Assembly: GCA_016748015.1 (NCBI GenBank)
Contig: JAAOMT010000230.1
Span: 62,001 to 126,000, forward strand
Source of the DNA: Geosiphon pyriformis uo1
Lineage: Eukaryota > Fungi > Glomeromycota
DNA length: 64,000 nt
Direction of reading: 5' to 3'
Shown: positions 62,981 through 64,000 of the stretch, piece after piece
Position numbering within the stretch: position 1 is the first letter of the stretch
Layout of the letters: each line of letters begins with the position of its first letter
Notes under the pieces: model-generated
Databases searched by the model: none
Told to the model about the DNA's origin: nothing
The model's input: the letters and a program-made list of their open reading frames with translations, nothing else
Position numbers and translations under genes: made by a program

Positions 62981-63524
62981 GTAAATTAATATAAAATTAT
63001 GATTTGCTTTAATTTAATGTAAAATTGTTTAAAATAAATTATATTGTTATATAATAAAATTTTTTTTTACATAATATATGGTTTTTAATTTATTTAACAT
63101 TGTCAAGTGTTAAAATATCGTTTATTCAAAAAATGGGTTTGTCCTGTGATATTTCCGATTTCCGGAAATATCATCGATCTCTTTAACACATACCAAGCGA
63201 CTAGCTGCTAGTGAACTAGTGCTTGCATCAAATTTGCATAGAACCTCGAAGAATTTATCCGCACTAAAAATGCAGCAAACAATCACTTTGAAACAGTGCC
63301 GAGAACTAGTGTTACACCATTCGTTCGCCCTGCGACCTTATCATTTGACTAATAGTTTGTATAAAAAGTAAATTTCAACCTATTCAGATAAACTTTACCC
63401 CTTTCCCTATAATCCTTTTTCCCTTTATATCTCCAATAATATATAAGTTTAGAGTCTTAAGCGTCCTTAGCAAAATAATTTCACTTTAATACCTTATCTT
63501 TTTCAAAAAAAACAAAAAAAACAA

Positions 63525-64000
63525 ATGCCAGCAGCTGCAGCCGAGACAGGGATCCATGAAAGTCCCTTCGAAATGAACCAGGAAGATGTTCCGATGGACA
63601 CTACAAGTTTTTTGCCTTTAGTCTTACAGGCCCAAGACCTCATTTCAAAACTTGAAAATAGAGTAGTAGAGTTAGAAAGCGATCTTGAGGTAAGCTTCTC
63701 AGTCTTGTAACTTTTGGAAATTATTTCCGGGTATTTGATTGAGTTCTCTCCAGTTAAAAGATTTTCAAGGAATTTTTCAATTCACATTTGATATATAATT
63801 ATATTATTAATCGGATAGACCATTAATGAGGCTCATGAACAAGAACGTGAGCAATTACTACAAGAAATCGGCGAAAAGGATGAATATATACATAACTTGA
63901 AAACCAAAGTTAGTAGACTTGAGTTCGGAGCACGGGAGGCTATTGTCGTGCTAGCGCGTACAGTGGAAATGCTCAAGGCACAAAATATTGAGGATGATGA
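63525..64000 (+). CDS. 5' part of a spliced coiled-coil protein gene (unidentified)
   Basis: A-rich leader then ATG; exon 63525-63689, GT-AG intron 63690-63818, exon from 63819 in frame (LENRVVELESDLE|TINEAHEQEREQLLQEI..). Confidence 0.7.

Overview
AT-rich eukaryotic (fungal-type) DNA; the intron style and protein families suggest Glomeromycotina/Mucoromycota (inference). About 80% of the window is a nested transposon mosaic. There are five Ty3/Gypsy (Metaviridae) LTR retrotransposon copies from four LTR families: A 1-13560 (-, runs off the window), B 1097-10363 (+), D 29315-36959 (+), C 37003-57036 (-), and E (family A) 44768-54935 (-). Four solo LTRs and three decayed LINE-like remnants serve as hosts. 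The LTRs have TGTTAC...RTAACA ends, and every insertion with both ends in the window has a 4-bp target-site duplication (TSD). Host genes: a 13-exon STI1/HOP co-chaperone with a heat-shock-element promoter (15411-18048), a multi-exon PD-(D/E)XK-nuclease-like gene (18541-21482), and the 5' end of a coiled-coil gene (63525-end). The main hunt result is an unusual retroelement design shared by four divergent families. (1) The Gag-PR-(Cys-rich)-(dUTPase)-RT-RNaseH polyprotein stops at the same codon right after RNase H. (2) Integrase follows as an apparently separate ORF ending in a PxVxI (HP1-ligand-like) motif. (3) A conserved third ORF of unknown function, not env-like, runs up to or through the PPT. 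Several 20-N scaffold gaps in element B create artefactual duplications.
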